Shown here: positions 16,681 through 25,565 of the stretch, piece by piece | Numbering within the stretch: position 1 is the stretch's first letter | Layout: each line of letters begins with the position of its first letter | Source: a virus | Virus record (IMG/VR): IMGVR_UViG_3300045988_163643 | Span: 32,001 to 96,000 of that record | Strand: one strand, 5' to 3' | DNA: 64,000 nucleotides | Program-made: the position numbers and the translations under genes | Notes under the pieces: generated by a model | What the model was told of the DNA's origin: nothing | What the model saw: only the letters and a program-made list of their open reading frames with translations | The model's database searches: none

Positions 16681-18282
16681 TTAATTTTCATAGAAAACTT
16701 TATATAATTTATATGTTTCTATTAAATCACGTTTACTAATTATTTCCATTGGACTATGCATGCCTAATGTAGACACTCCAGCATCCATTGTCTCCATACC
16801 TCTTATTCCAAAGAACATAGCAACCGTTCCCCCACCGCCTTCACTAACTTTAACTGTATCAACTTGATATTTCACATCATTATCAATACATAAATCTTTT
16901 ATATATTCTCTCATTTCTATACTTGCATCATTTCCTCTTTTTAATCCAGTAAATGGCACTAAGGCAACACCATTGCCACATACTGCTTTTGCACTATCTT
17001 CAAAATGACTACTATAATTACTATCAAATCCACCAGTTACATCTGCACTAATTACCTTTGTATTTCTCATAAATTCTCTAGCTAATAACATATTTCCATT
17101 TGCTAAAGTAAGGAATATATCATCTATAAATTGAGTTTCAGCACCACTCATTTGTCCACTTCCAGTTTCTTCATAAGCAGTAAATAAAGCTATCTTTGTT
17201 ATTTTATTAGGTTTACTAGTTAATATAGCTTCTAATTCAGCATAAGCACAACTCTTATCATCATGTCCATATCCCATTAATAAATCTTTATCTAATCCCA
17301 TTTCTAATGTTTTAAAATAAGGTACAAAACTTAAGTCAGCTAATTCAAAATTCTCTTTTGTTATTCCATATTCTTTTTCTAACATTTCAAATAGTTCTTC
17401 TTTATTTCCATTACTCATTCTTACTAATAATTTATCATAAGATAAGTCTTTCACTTCTTTTCTACCTTTTAGGTGAGGTAATAAACTAGTTATAGAAAAT
17501 AAATGTCCTTTTTCTCCAGTATTTATATATTTTATTTCATCATCTACTTTTATTTTCCCAACCATTACAAATGGTCTATCTAACCATAATTGTGGTATTA
17601 TTCCACCATATGGTTGTGTTTTTATAAAAGTACCATCATCATTAGATACAATTGGATTACCTACTATAACATCTAATCTAGGACTATCAATATGACTTAC
17701 TATTAAATTAGCACCTTTTGATATGTCCTCGCCTATTTCTATTAAAGCTATCAATTTATCTCTAAATTCAAATATAACCTTATCTCCTACATTAAAGTAT
17801 TTTGAATGATTATAAGATTTATATCCTACATCTTCTGCTTTATCCTTTATATATTTTAATACTTGTGTTTCATGCAATCCTTCTTCTAATAAATATTTAT
17901 ATTCATCTATAAAATTATCTTCTTCATTATTATCTTGTGTTTTATACAATATTTTTCCTAATAAATATTTTACTTCTTCATCAATTATTTCTTTTAAGGT
18001 ATCATATTTTATATCAGGTGAACATTTTGAATATACAACATTATCTCTAAATATTATTTTTGTTCTTGATTCTTTAGCTACAATAGTACGAGTGTTTAAG
18101 TCATAAATCTTTTTCCATTGAGTTGGTAATTCTTTTCCATTCACCCAATGATAACCTAATTCTTCTAATGATATTAACACTTGTTCAATAATTTCTTTAT
18201 CATTGTTGACTTCAATTATAATTTGTTTATCATTTTTTTCACTTAATTCTTCTATTAAATTTGTTAGTCTTTTTATACTCAT
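16681..18282 (-). CDS. M18-family aminopeptidase with extra N-terminal domain
   Basis: ATG 18282 is 8 nt after AAAGGAGAG. Motifs VSHIDSPRLDV, GYGHDDKSCAYA, YEETGS, LGMHSPMEI. About 125 aa of unassigned N-terminus. Confidence 0.7.
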   Translation of the reverse strand: MSIKRLTNLIEELSEKNDKQIIIEVNNDKEIIEQVLISLEELGYHWVNGKELPTQWKKIYDLNTRTIVAKESRTKIIFRDNVVYSKCSPDIKYDTLKEIIDEEVKYLLGKILYKTQDNNEEDNFIDEYKYLLEEGLHETQVLKYIKDKAEDVGYKSYNHSKYFNVGDKVIFEFRDKLIALIEIGEDISKGANLIVSHIDSPRLDVIVGNPIVSNDDGTFIKTQPYGGIIPQLWLDRPFVMVGKIKVDDEIKYINTGEKGHLFSITSLLPHLKGRKEVKDLSYDKLLVRMSNGNKEELFEMLEKEYGITKENFELADLSFVPYFKTLEMGLDKDLLMGYGHDDKSCAYAELEAILTSKPNKITKIALFTAYEETGSGQMSGAETQFIDDIFLTLANGNMLLAREFMRNTKVISADVTGGFDSNYSSHFEDSAKAVCGNGVALVPFTGLKRGNDASIEMREYIKDLCIDNDVKYQVDTVKVSEGGGGTVAMFFGIRGMETMDAGVSTLGMHSPMEIISKRDLIETYKLYKVFYEN

Positions 18283-18315
18283 ATTCATCTCTCCTTTATT
18301 AACTTATTTACTTAT

Positions 18316-18344
18316 ATTATACTATTATTCTTATTAAAAGTCAA
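18316..18344 (-). promoter_or_regulatory. class I cassette promoter
   Basis: TTGACT-17-TATAAT. Confidence 0.65.
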
Positions 18345-18363
18345 TAATTATTTAATAAAAAAA

Positions 18364-18395
18364 TAGAAGTAGTAATTTTATAACTACTACTTCTA
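18364..18395 (-). terminator. intrinsic terminator (duplicated module)
   Basis: TAGAAGTAGTA/TACTACTTCTA stem. The same module recurs at 19358-19389. Confidence 0.65.
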
Positions 18396-18407
18396 CTGCG
18401 ATAATTA

Positions 18408-18500
18408 TTATCTAAATAATTCACTTACACTAACTACAAACATAAAAATTGCACCTACTGTCAAAATACTTATTAGTAATACACCAAATACACTAATAAT
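18408..18500 (-). pseudogene. paralog of peptide 11312..11404 with ATG replaced by ATT
   Basis: GGAGATGAT then ATT ATT AGT..., giving ISVFGVLLISILTVGAIFMFVVSVSELFR. No canonical start in frame. Confidence 0.25.
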
Positions 18501-18509
18501 ATCATCTCC

Positions 18510-18605
18510 TTACAAAAATATTCTAATTAATTTAAATAACGACAATACACTTATAACTACTAAAATTATGTATTTTACTATCATCAACCGATACGAGTCT
18601 TCCAA
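18510..18605 (-). CDS. small membrane peptide (31-34 aa)
   Basis: GGAG SD. TTG 18605 or ATG 18614 gives ..EDSYRLMIVKYIILVVISVLSLFKLIRIFL. The stop overlaps the next SD. Confidence 0.3.
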   Translation of the reverse strand: MEDSYRLMIVKYIILVVISVLSLFKLIRIFL

Positions 18606-18619
18606 ATTTATCATCTCCT

Positions 18620-19282
18620 TTAATAATTTATAGCATTTTGTTTATTCATAAAGAAGTGTATCCCACTTGCACATTCATACCATCTGTTTTCATCAAAATT
18701 ATCTACTTTTACTATTTCTCCAACTTTATATATAAAATTAATATCATAATCACTAGGAGTACTTTCTATTTTTTCACCTGTATCTATTTTTTCTATGTCT
18801 AATACTTTAGCTTTATCACATCTACACTTAAGAGTTGTAGCACTACTTCTTTTGCTATCTTCTAATATTAATAATTTAACGATATACTTTCCAGCTTTTT
18901 TATATCCTATGAAACTACCTTCTTCAGGACAAGCTAAATTATATCCTATAGTATACATATTTGTTTTAATATTAGTTAAATTTGCATTATTTAAATTAGA
19001 ACTATATAAATTAGTACCATTTAAATTAGCACCACTTAAATTAGCATTATATAAACTAGCACCACTTAAATTAGCACTATTTAAATTAGCATATTTTAAA
19101 TCAGCGTATCTTAAATCAGCACTATATAAATCAGCACATCTTAAATCAATATTATTTAAATTAGCATATCTTAAATCAACACCTTTTAAATTAGCACCTC
19201 TTAAATCAGCACATTCTCCACCTTCACCATTTAACCATAATTCATGATTCTTTAATATTTTATCTAATTTTTCTCTTTCCAT
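18620..19282 (-). CDS. pentapeptide-repeat protein with globular C-terminal domain
   Basis: 220-aa ORF with ~17 consecutive A(D/N)LxX repeats (ADLRGANLKGVDLRYANLNNIDLRCADLYSADL...). The C-terminal ~110 aa end in CASGIHFF. Confidence 0.85.
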   Translation of the reverse strand: MEREKLDKILKNHELWLNGEGGECADLRGANLKGVDLRYANLNNIDLRCADLYSADLRYADLKYANLNSANLSGASLYNANLSGANLNGTNLYSSNLNNANLTNIKTNMYTIGYNLACPEEGSFIGYKKAGKYIVKLLILEDSKRSSATTLKCRCDKAKVLDIEKIDTGEKIESTPSDYDINFIYKVGEIVKVDNFDENRWYECASGIHFFMNKQNAINY

Positions 19283-19312
19283 TTAACACCTCTCCTTTAT
19301 TAATTTACTTAT

Positions 19313-19341
19313 ATTATACTATTTCTATTATTAAAAGTCAA
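19313..19341 (-). promoter_or_regulatory. class I cassette promoter
   Basis: TTGACT-17-TATAAT. Confidence 0.65.
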
Positions 19342-19357
19342 TAGATAAAATAAAAAA

Positions 19358-19389
19358 TAGAAGTAGTAATTTTATGACTACTACTTCTA
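19358..19389 (-). terminator. intrinsic terminator (duplicated module)
   Basis: Same 11-bp stem as 18364-18395. Confidence 0.65.
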
Positions 19390-19469
19390 CTAGAACTACT
19401 ATTATCTAAATAATTCACTTATATTGATAAATATCTAGTAAAGAAAGTAAATTTATATAGATAATACAA

Positions 19470-20381
19470 TTAATGTTTAACATTTATATAATCTAAAACT
19501 TCATTTAATCCTAAGTGTTCCATACAATATTTATACAATTTAGGATGAGTTTGACTTAATCTCTGAAATCTATTAGGCTCTTTTTCTAAATGGCATCCAA
19601 ATCCACAGAATATACAACCTGTTCTTTTCTCACCAGTAGTTCTCAACATTCCATCTTCACCTTTAATTATGTCTCCATAAACACTCGCTATTTCTAAATT
19701 ATTTTCAACTATATACTGAAGTATATCTTGTTCAGTCCAAAATCCCATTGGCTGACTTCTACCTGTATTAAAAGCATTGCATCCTGTCATAAGATATGCA
19801 GATTCTCTTTGTTGTCCTTCTTCTGCCATAGTTGCTATGAAAGGTACTTTTCCACTTTTCTTTTCATATTTTTTAAATGGTTTTTTCTTTAATTCATTGC
19901 AACATTCATCAGAAATTTTAAATGGAGCATCTAATAAAAATTCCCATTTTCCCTTATTAAACCTAGACCCCTTTTCTAATCCTCGTATTTGTCTTACTCT
20001 TAATGTGTTTTTTCCTTCTTTTATATTTTTTCTAGCCAATCTAACACAGTTTGCAACTGACTTACTTATAATTGGATATCCTTTTTCTTCTACAACTTGT
20101 TTAAATGTTTTTTCAGGTTTAATTATTGTTACATTTTCTTTTGTTTTAACAAATTCTCTTATTTCAGGAAATTCTAATCCAGTATCACTAAATACTGCTT
20201 CAACATCAGGATACATTTCTCTTACTATATGTAAAAGAACTGTACTATCTTTTCCACCACTAAAACTTATATACACCTCTCCATTATAATGTTCATACCA
20301 TTCCCTTATGCGTAATTTTGTTTTTTCGACTTTCATCCATAATGGATACGCTTGTAACATTCTTAATTCATCCTTGGTCAT
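19470..20381 (-). CDS. PAPS-reductase/DndC-like PP-loop protein
   Basis: 303-aa ORF with SFSGGKDST PP-loop and C-terminal CIFCGFGCH cluster. Confidence 0.8.
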   Translation of the reverse strand: MTKDELRMLQAYPLWMKVEKTKLRIREWYEHYNGEVYISFSGGKDSTVLLHIVREMYPDVEAVFSDTGLEFPEIREFVKTKENVTIIKPEKTFKQVVEEKGYPIISKSVANCVRLARKNIKEGKNTLRVRQIRGLEKGSRFNKGKWEFLLDAPFKISDECCNELKKKPFKKYEKKSGKVPFIATMAEEGQQRESAYLMTGCNAFNTGRSQPMGFWTEQDILQYIVENNLEIASVYGDIIKGEDGMLRTTGEKRTGCIFCGFGCHLEKEPNRFQRLSQTHPKLYKYCMEHLGLNEVLDYINVKH

Positions 20382-20454
20382 GACATTATCCCTCCTAAAA
20401 TTTTATTTTCTATTATATATTTTATGTGAAAATTTTAATATATTTTATCTAAAA

Positions 20455-20486
20455 ATCTTAAGAAGAAAAATTGTTCTTCCTAAGAT
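20455..20486 (-). terminator. intrinsic terminator
   Basis: 13-bp stem with one mismatch (ATCTTAAGAAGAA/TTCTTCCTAAGAT) plus a U-run. Confidence 0.6.
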
Positions 20487-20497
20487 TTTTTATTATT

Positions 20498-21556
20498 TTA
20501 TTTATTTTCTTTTATTAAGTCTTTCATTTCTTCTATACATAATTCTAATGCTTCGGCATTATCTTGTATTGCTTCATCTAATGTTCTTTGTATTCCTTCT
20601 GAATCTGTACCTAATGCTTTATTCATAATCAATATAGCTTTATCTCTTAATCCTAATTCAGCACATTCTCCACCTAATTTAATTACATCTTCTTTTATTT
20701 CATCTATATCTCTATATCTTTCTGTAAATTCTCCTATTGTAGCTTGTTTTCTTTCTGTTGTTACGTTATCTTCACCAAAACCTTTTATTGCTTTTTCTAC
20801 CTCTGCCCATACTTTCTTAGCACTATCTTTTTCATTTTCTTCTAATTCTATTTCTAATGGCATTCTTACATATTTATTAGTTTTATTCTTACCAAAACAA
20901 GTTTTACATTCATCGGTTATTAAAAATCTATGAACATTTCCTTCATCATCATATCTTTTATCTATAAACCAAACATAATCCATTTCTTTTTTCAATATAT
21001 CTAAAATTCTTTTATTAGATTGTGGTTCATATCTTAAATAACTATGTCCTTTGTTATCAGTTAATTCTTCTACAGTAGCATGACAAGTCCATACAATATT
21101 CCAACCAGCAGATTTTATAGGGTCAAATATTTCATCAAAGTATCTAGTTACTAAAGAATAACCAGCATTCCATTTTTTTACTTCATCCATAAATTGTTTC
21201 CCTGCTCTTGATAATATATATGATTCTATATATGAACCAACTTTAGTAGCAGTATCGACAATTAATGTTGAAAATCCTAATTCTTCAATACTTCCTGGGT
21301 CAGATAAAACTTTTGACATTTCTTTTAAACTTTTAAATGATGCAATTTCTATTTCATTTGCACAAAGACAAGCTTTTGCACCATATTCAGTAGCTAACAT
21401 TAAATGTTTTCCTTCAAACATACCACTAACTAATGATGTTTTTCCACCATCAGGTAAAGAATAAACCAAATAAGAATAAGAACGTGGGTCTATACTTACC
21501 TTTTTCTCTTTATTTTCTTGAGTTCTTTTTTTAATATCATTTAGATTTAATGCCAT
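20498..21556 (-). CDS. RecA-like AAA_24/Sak4-type ATPase
   Basis: 352-aa ORF with LPDGGKTS (deviant Walker A), TLIVDT and TCHA. Sits in a recombination-module context. Confidence 0.55.
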   Translation of the reverse strand: MALNLNDIKKRTQENKEKKVSIDPRSYSYLVYSLPDGGKTSLVSGMFEGKHLMLATEYGAKACLCANEIEIASFKSLKEMSKVLSDPGSIEELGFSTLIVDTATKVGSYIESYILSRAGKQFMDEVKKWNAGYSLVTRYFDEIFDPIKSAGWNIVWTCHATVEELTDNKGHSYLRYEPQSNKRILDILKKEMDYVWFIDKRYDDEGNVHRFLITDECKTCFGKNKTNKYVRMPLEIELEENEKDSAKKVWAEVEKAIKGFGEDNVTTERKQATIGEFTERYRDIDEIKEDVIKLGGECAELGLRDKAILIMNKALGTDSEGIQRTLDEAIQDNAEALELCIEEMKDLIKENK

Positions 21557-21593
21557 ATATCATCTCTCCTTTTTATTTATCTTATTTACTTAT

Positions 21594-21622
21594 ATTATAC
21601 CACTACTCTTATTAAAAGTCAA
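21594..21622 (-). promoter_or_regulatory. class I cassette promoter
   Basis: TTGACT-17-TATAAT. Confidence 0.65.
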
Positions 21623-21639
21623 TATTTATTTTAAAAATT

Positions 21640-22116
21640 TTATAATTCAAACATGATTTCTAATTCTAACATCTTCTTTATTCGTAAAAGATAACCTAAC
21701 GCATAGTCGCCCATATTAACTTCTCTCAAATTATCTTTTTCATTTTTCACATATTCTCTTAGATTATACATATTAATATAATATAACTTATCTACTTCAG
21801 ATAAGTAATAAAACATTACATCACATTTTGTCTTCTCAAAACAACCTTTTGTACCATAATGCTTATTACTCATGTATTCATATACTATATTCTTAGAGAG
21901 ATGTGCTTGAGTATCAGTTTTCACTTCTATCTTTAACAAATCTCCATTTTTACAAATTAATATAAAATCGACATCGTTATCTCTCCAAAATTTATCATCT
22001 CTGACGTCTATTATATCTTGTGTAAAATTTTCCTTTTGTAAATATTCTATTGTTTTTATCTCTCCTATTTCACCAGTTTTAAGGTCTATTAAAAATTTAT
22101 CGTTATTATTCCCCAT
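21640..22116 (-). CDS. PD-(D/E)xK nuclease-like protein
   Basis: Track ORF is 21640..22158. ATG 22116 follows GGAGAGG. Motif DVDFIL..KIEVKTD. Confidence 0.55.
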   Translation of the reverse strand: MGNNNDKFLIDLKTGEIGEIKTIEYLQKENFTQDIIDVRDDKFWRDNDVDFILICKNGDLLKIEVKTDTQAHLSKNIVYEYMSNKHYGTKGCFEKTKCDVMFYYLSEVDKLYYINMYNLREYVKNEKDNLREVNMGDYALGYLLRIKKMLELEIMFEL

Positions 22117-22142
22117 AATTCCTCTCCAATACTTTATAAAAA

Positions 22143-22171
22143 TAGAGATAGGAATCAATCAGCTATCTCTA
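22143..22171 (-). terminator. intrinsic terminator after the SSB-like gene
   Basis: TAGAGATAG/CTATCTCTA stem plus a U-run. Confidence 0.6.
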
Positions 22172-22200
22172 TTTTTATTTTATATTATACTATTTTTATA

Positions 22201-23208
22201 TTAGAATGGTAAATCTGTTGAAGCTTTTTTACCAAATCCTTTATGTGCAGTAAAATCTTTTGGTTGGTCTTGTTTAAGTTCTTCTAATTTTTTTTCATAT
22301 TCTTCTACACCTTTACTATATAATTCTAAGTTAAATGCATTGTCTCCCTCATATTCTTCTTCTTCAAGTGGGAAACCACCTATTGCTCTTATTTCTCTTA
22401 CAACTTTTGTAGAAGGTGTAAATTCAACTTTTTTACCAAATCCTCTTTTACTAGTTGGTGTTTCTTCTTCAACTGCAACTACTTTTACTGTTGGTACTAT
22501 TGAAGTTGATACAACTACATTTTCTTCAAATTCACTTTCTACGAAATCTTTAGCACCTTCAAATTCTTCATCACTACCAAAATCTTCTTTTTTCATTACT
22601 ATTTCAAATTTATCAACTGCTACACTTTCTTCTCTGTCACCCCATGCATTTCTATATTCAGGAACTGTTAATTCAAATTTTAGATATTCTCCATCGCTAT
22701 CTTCTAATACAACTGGAACTTTACTTACTACACCTATTAATTCACCTTCTAAATAAGGTTCTTTAGCATCTGTTTCTTTTGCTCTATTTACAAAGTTTAC
22801 AGATAATCTAAAGTTTGAATTTAATTGACCATCTCTCATATAATGATTCATTGAAATTTTAATACCTTTATTAGCATATACAAAGTCACATTCTTCTAAA
22901 CTACCTACTGTTGTTGCTACATCTATTTCAGGTTTTGCATCACTATTCATTCTTTTATTTGTTATTGTACTATCCAAAGATTTATATTCATCTTTTATAG
23001 TTTTTAAAGCTTGATAAGATTTATTTGCACTACCTGTTGATGTAAATTCATTTGCAAATATAGTTAAGTCAACTTCTTGATTTTCAGCAACTCTTAATTT
23101 TAATTGTCCCATCATCCAATTTTTCTTAGTTTCTCTGTTTACGCCTAACATTATATTTTTACTTATTAAATAACCACCACATTTTATTCTATTACATTCT
23201 AAAGCCAT
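22201..23208 (-). CDS. atypical ssDNA-binding-like protein with SSB-type C-terminal tip
   Basis: 335-aa ORF with an acidic linker, ending ..GFGKKASTDLPF (SSB D-(I/L)-P-F tip). The N-terminal fold is not canonical by eye. Confidence 0.45.
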   Translation of the reverse strand: MALECNRIKCGGYLISKNIMLGVNRETKKNWMMGQLKLRVAENQEVDLTIFANEFTSTGSANKSYQALKTIKDEYKSLDSTITNKRMNSDAKPEIDVATTVGSLEECDFVYANKGIKISMNHYMRDGQLNSNFRLSVNFVNRAKETDAKEPYLEGELIGVVSKVPVVLEDSDGEYLKFELTVPEYRNAWGDREESVAVDKFEIVMKKEDFGSDEEFEGAKDFVESEFEENVVVSTSIVPTVKVVAVEEETPTSKRGFGKKVEFTPSTKVVREIRAIGGFPLEEEEYEGDNAFNLELYSKGVEEYEKKLEELKQDQPKDFTAHKGFGKKASTDLPF

Positions 23209-23254
23209 TATACATCTCTCCTTTTTATTTTTATTTATTTATTATTTTACTTAT

Positions 23255-23283
23255 ATTATACTATTAATCTTATTAAAAGTCAA
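23255..23283 (-). promoter_or_regulatory. class I cassette promoter
   Basis: TTGACT-17-TATAAT. Confidence 0.65.
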
Positions 23284-23287
23284 TACT

Positions 23288-23533
23288 TTAATAAAAAATC
23301 ATTTTAGAAAAAAAACTATTAATCATTTCTTCATCTATAAATTCTATTAGCTTATTCTTATCATCCTTATAAGTATGTATTTTCATTACTTTTTCATTAT
23401 TTTCGTCATATCCTAATGTTACTACATAGCTATTCTTACCATTATATCCTATTTTTACTACATTCTTACTTCTTATTGGTATAAATTTACCATCATATAT
23501 AGTTATTGCTCTAGGTTCTCTCACATACATCAA
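23288..23533 (-). CDS. hypothetical protein
   Basis: 81-aa ORF. The start is ambiguous (TTG/ATG/GTG within 12 nt of AGGAG). Confidence 0.5.
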   Translation of the reverse strand: MMYVREPRAITIYDGKFIPIRSKNVVKIGYNGKNSYVVTLGYDENNEKVMKIHTYKDDKNKLIEFIDEEMINSFFSKMIFY

Positions 23534-23536
23534 CTC

Positions 23537-23719
23537 CTACTTATTTTTATCTAAATATATTTTAAAATCATCTGATACTACTTGATAATACTTGCCATCC
23601 ATTTTCATAGAACTATTATTTAACATTTTACAAAGTTCATTTGCGTATTCTTCATCTACTCCCATACAAAATAATTCGTCAGGTTTCATTTTATACAAAT
23701 CTCTAACTAAGATTTTCAT
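23537..23719 (-). CDS. hypothetical protein
   Basis: 60-aa ORF with ATGA overlap to the upstream gene. Confidence 0.5.
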   Translation of the reverse strand: MKILVRDLYKMKPDELFCMGVDEEYANELCKMLNNSSMKMDGKYYQVVSDDFKIYLDKNK

Positions 23720-24048
23720 TTTTTATCACCCACCAATTCTTTTAAAATTCTATTTTCTAATTCATTAGTTGTCATATTTAAGACATCTTTTATCAGATGA
23801 CCGAACATTCTAGTTTTTTCTAAATCTATTATTTCTACTGAAGCATTTTTATCTTTTCTAAAAAATGTTACCTTACAGTCTTTTCCAGCTATGACACAAT
23901 AACCAATTAATGTTCTTGCTCTGATTGATGATTCTGAATGAGAATAGGTAAATCCTTTTTGTAGTAAAACATCATCCAAACTTCTTGATAAAACATAATA
24001 GTCATTAGTATTAAACAAGTCTTTGAAATCTTTTTGTTCTTCTATCAT
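23716..24048 (-). CDS. hypothetical protein
   Basis: 110-aa ORF with AGGAGAAAAATA SD. Confidence 0.55.
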   Translation of the reverse strand: MIEEQKDFKDLFNTNDYYVLSRSLDDVLLQKGFTYSHSESSIRARTLIGYCVIAGKDCKVTFFRKDKNASVEIIDLEKTRMFGHLIKDVLNMTTNELENRILKELVGDKK

Positions 24049-24082
24049 TATTTTTCTCCTTTAATTTATCTTATTTACTTAT

Positions 24083-24111
24083 ATTATACTAATAATCTTA
24101 TTAAAAGTCAA
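24083..24111 (-). promoter_or_regulatory. class I cassette promoter
   Basis: TTGACT-17-TATAAT. Confidence 0.65.
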
Positions 24112-24128
24112 TAATTATTTTAAAAAAT

Positions 24129-25490
24129 TTATTCATAACTTACTTCATCTTTTTCAAATCTACATCTTTTAAAGACAGGAAAGCGAAGACTTAATTCTCC
24201 TTTTTCATTATTTGTCTCTTCAAAATACTGGATTTCGATAATTTTATTTAAATATTTATCTTTATTATTCCATATTTCATCTCTCATATCATCTGAAAAT
24301 CCACTACCTACCCCTAAATCATATCCTTTATAATCACAAATAATTTTACCTAAAGTTCCTTTAAGTTTTCCGTCCCCTTCTTCAAATCCAATTACCTTAA
24401 GGTCGCAAGTACTCATTACTTTTAATTTTAATAAAACTTTACTACGTTTAAAATCATAAGGTCTATCTATGTTAATCATCGCACCTTCTGCACCTTTATT
24501 TCTCAAATCATTTAAAATTCTAAGTACTTCCTTATCGTCGACACCTTCATATAATATTGGAGTTATATTTATATATTTAGTGTCTTTTATTGTATTTAAT
24601 AAATTTCTTCTTTCAGAATATTTCATTTTACCTTTTTTATTATCAAATTCTACCAATGGAACGATATCGAATATTTGATATTTAATACCATGTTTTTCTT
24701 TATCTTTAGTAGATACAATTTTCATAGTATCTTTATATACTGTTTCATATGGACTTTCTATTGATAATAATTCACCATCTAAGCATATATTATCTAGTCC
24801 TAATTTAATTATTGAATCCTCAATATCAACTAACCCTTCAAAGATTTTATTTTGTCTACTTTTCATTATTATTTTTCCATCTCTTATTTGAGTAAAACAT
24901 CTGACACCATCATACTTCTCAGTTATAAATTTATTTCCTTTGGGTAATTTATTTAAATCACCCTTACTACCTAACATTATATCAAATGAAGGTATTAAAT
25001 TAGGTATAGCTTTATTAACTCCTTTTACATCTATTCCTATCTTCAATGATTTTGTAAATAAACCTATGCAAAATTCCTTATTGGTATCAATTTGTTTATT
25101 ACAAAATTCTCTTACAATAGCAATATCCACATCTCTACCACTATTATGTACTTTCAAGTATTCCATAACCTCTCTAATTGTATCTAATTTAAGTTCATCA
25201 TTGTCTAATGGTATATTTTTATTTATTTTTTTCTCACTTAATTCAGTTACTATATCACTATCCAAGAAAAGCTTCAAGTATTCTATGAATAATTCATTGT
25301 CTAATGGTACATTTTTATTTATTTTTTTCTTACTTAATCCAGTTACTATATTACTATCTAATAAAAATTTCAAACATTCTATAAATAATTCATTGTCTTT
25401 ATTTTTTTTAACTATTTTAATTTTGTCATTTTTACCACTAGTCTTTGTTATTAAGTCAAATATTTCAACAACTTCATTTAAATTTTCCAT
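24129..25490 (-). CDS. ATP-dependent DNA ligase
   Basis: 453-aa ORF with motif I EKYDGVRC, III LDGEL, IV QIFDI, V EGAMIN..LLKLK and an OB domain. The N-terminus carries a 32-aa tandem duplication. Confidence 0.85.
   Translation of the reverse strand: MENLNEVVEIFDLITKTSGKNDKIKIVKKNKDNELFIECLKFLLDSNIVTGLSKKKINKNVPLDNELFIEYLKLFLDSDIVTELSEKKINKNIPLDNDELKLDTIREVMEYLKVHNSGRDVDIAIVREFCNKQIDTNKEFCIGLFTKSLKIGIDVKGVNKAIPNLIPSFDIMLGSKGDLNKLPKGNKFITEKYDGVRCFTQIRDGKIIMKSRQNKIFEGLVDIEDSIIKLGLDNICLDGELLSIESPYETVYKDTMKIVSTKDKEKHGIKYQIFDIVPLVEFDNKKGKMKYSERRNLLNTIKDTKYINITPILYEGVDDKEVLRILNDLRNKGAEGAMINIDRPYDFKRSKVLLKLKVMSTCDLKVIGFEEGDGKLKGTLGKIICDYKGYDLGVGSGFSDDMRDEIWNNKDKYLNKIIEIQYFEETNNEKGELSLRFPVFKRCRFEKDEVSYE
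25206..25397 (-). repeat. in-frame 96-bp tandem duplication inside the ligase gene
   Basis: DNELFIECLKFLLDSNIVTGLSKKKINKNVPL / DNELFIEYLKLFLDSDIVTELSEKKINKNIPL. The DNA units are ~85-90 percent identical by eye. Confidence 0.8.
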
Positions 25491-25521
25491 ATCTTTTCTC
25501 CTATCCTATTTATTATTATTA

Positions 25522-25550
25522 ATTATACTAAAATTCTTATAAAAAGTCAA
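25522..25550 (-). promoter_or_regulatory. class I-variant promoter
   Basis: TTGACT-17-TATAAT. Confidence 0.6.
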
Positions 25551-25565
25551 TATATTTTAAAAAAT

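Noticed and set aside
16590-16691. 34-codon N-terminal extension of the sigma-kinase-HD ORF.
   Set aside because: It overlaps the end of the aminopeptidase gene and is hydrophobic low-complexity. A good SD (AAAGGGGA) precedes the internal ATG at 16589.
24129-25490. Interpreting the ligase as an RNA ligase that completes an RNA-repair pathway with the kinase-HD domain.
   Set aside because: The motifs and the OB domain are those of ATP-dependent DNA ligases. The RNA-repair link remains speculation and is mentioned only under the sigma-fusion finding.
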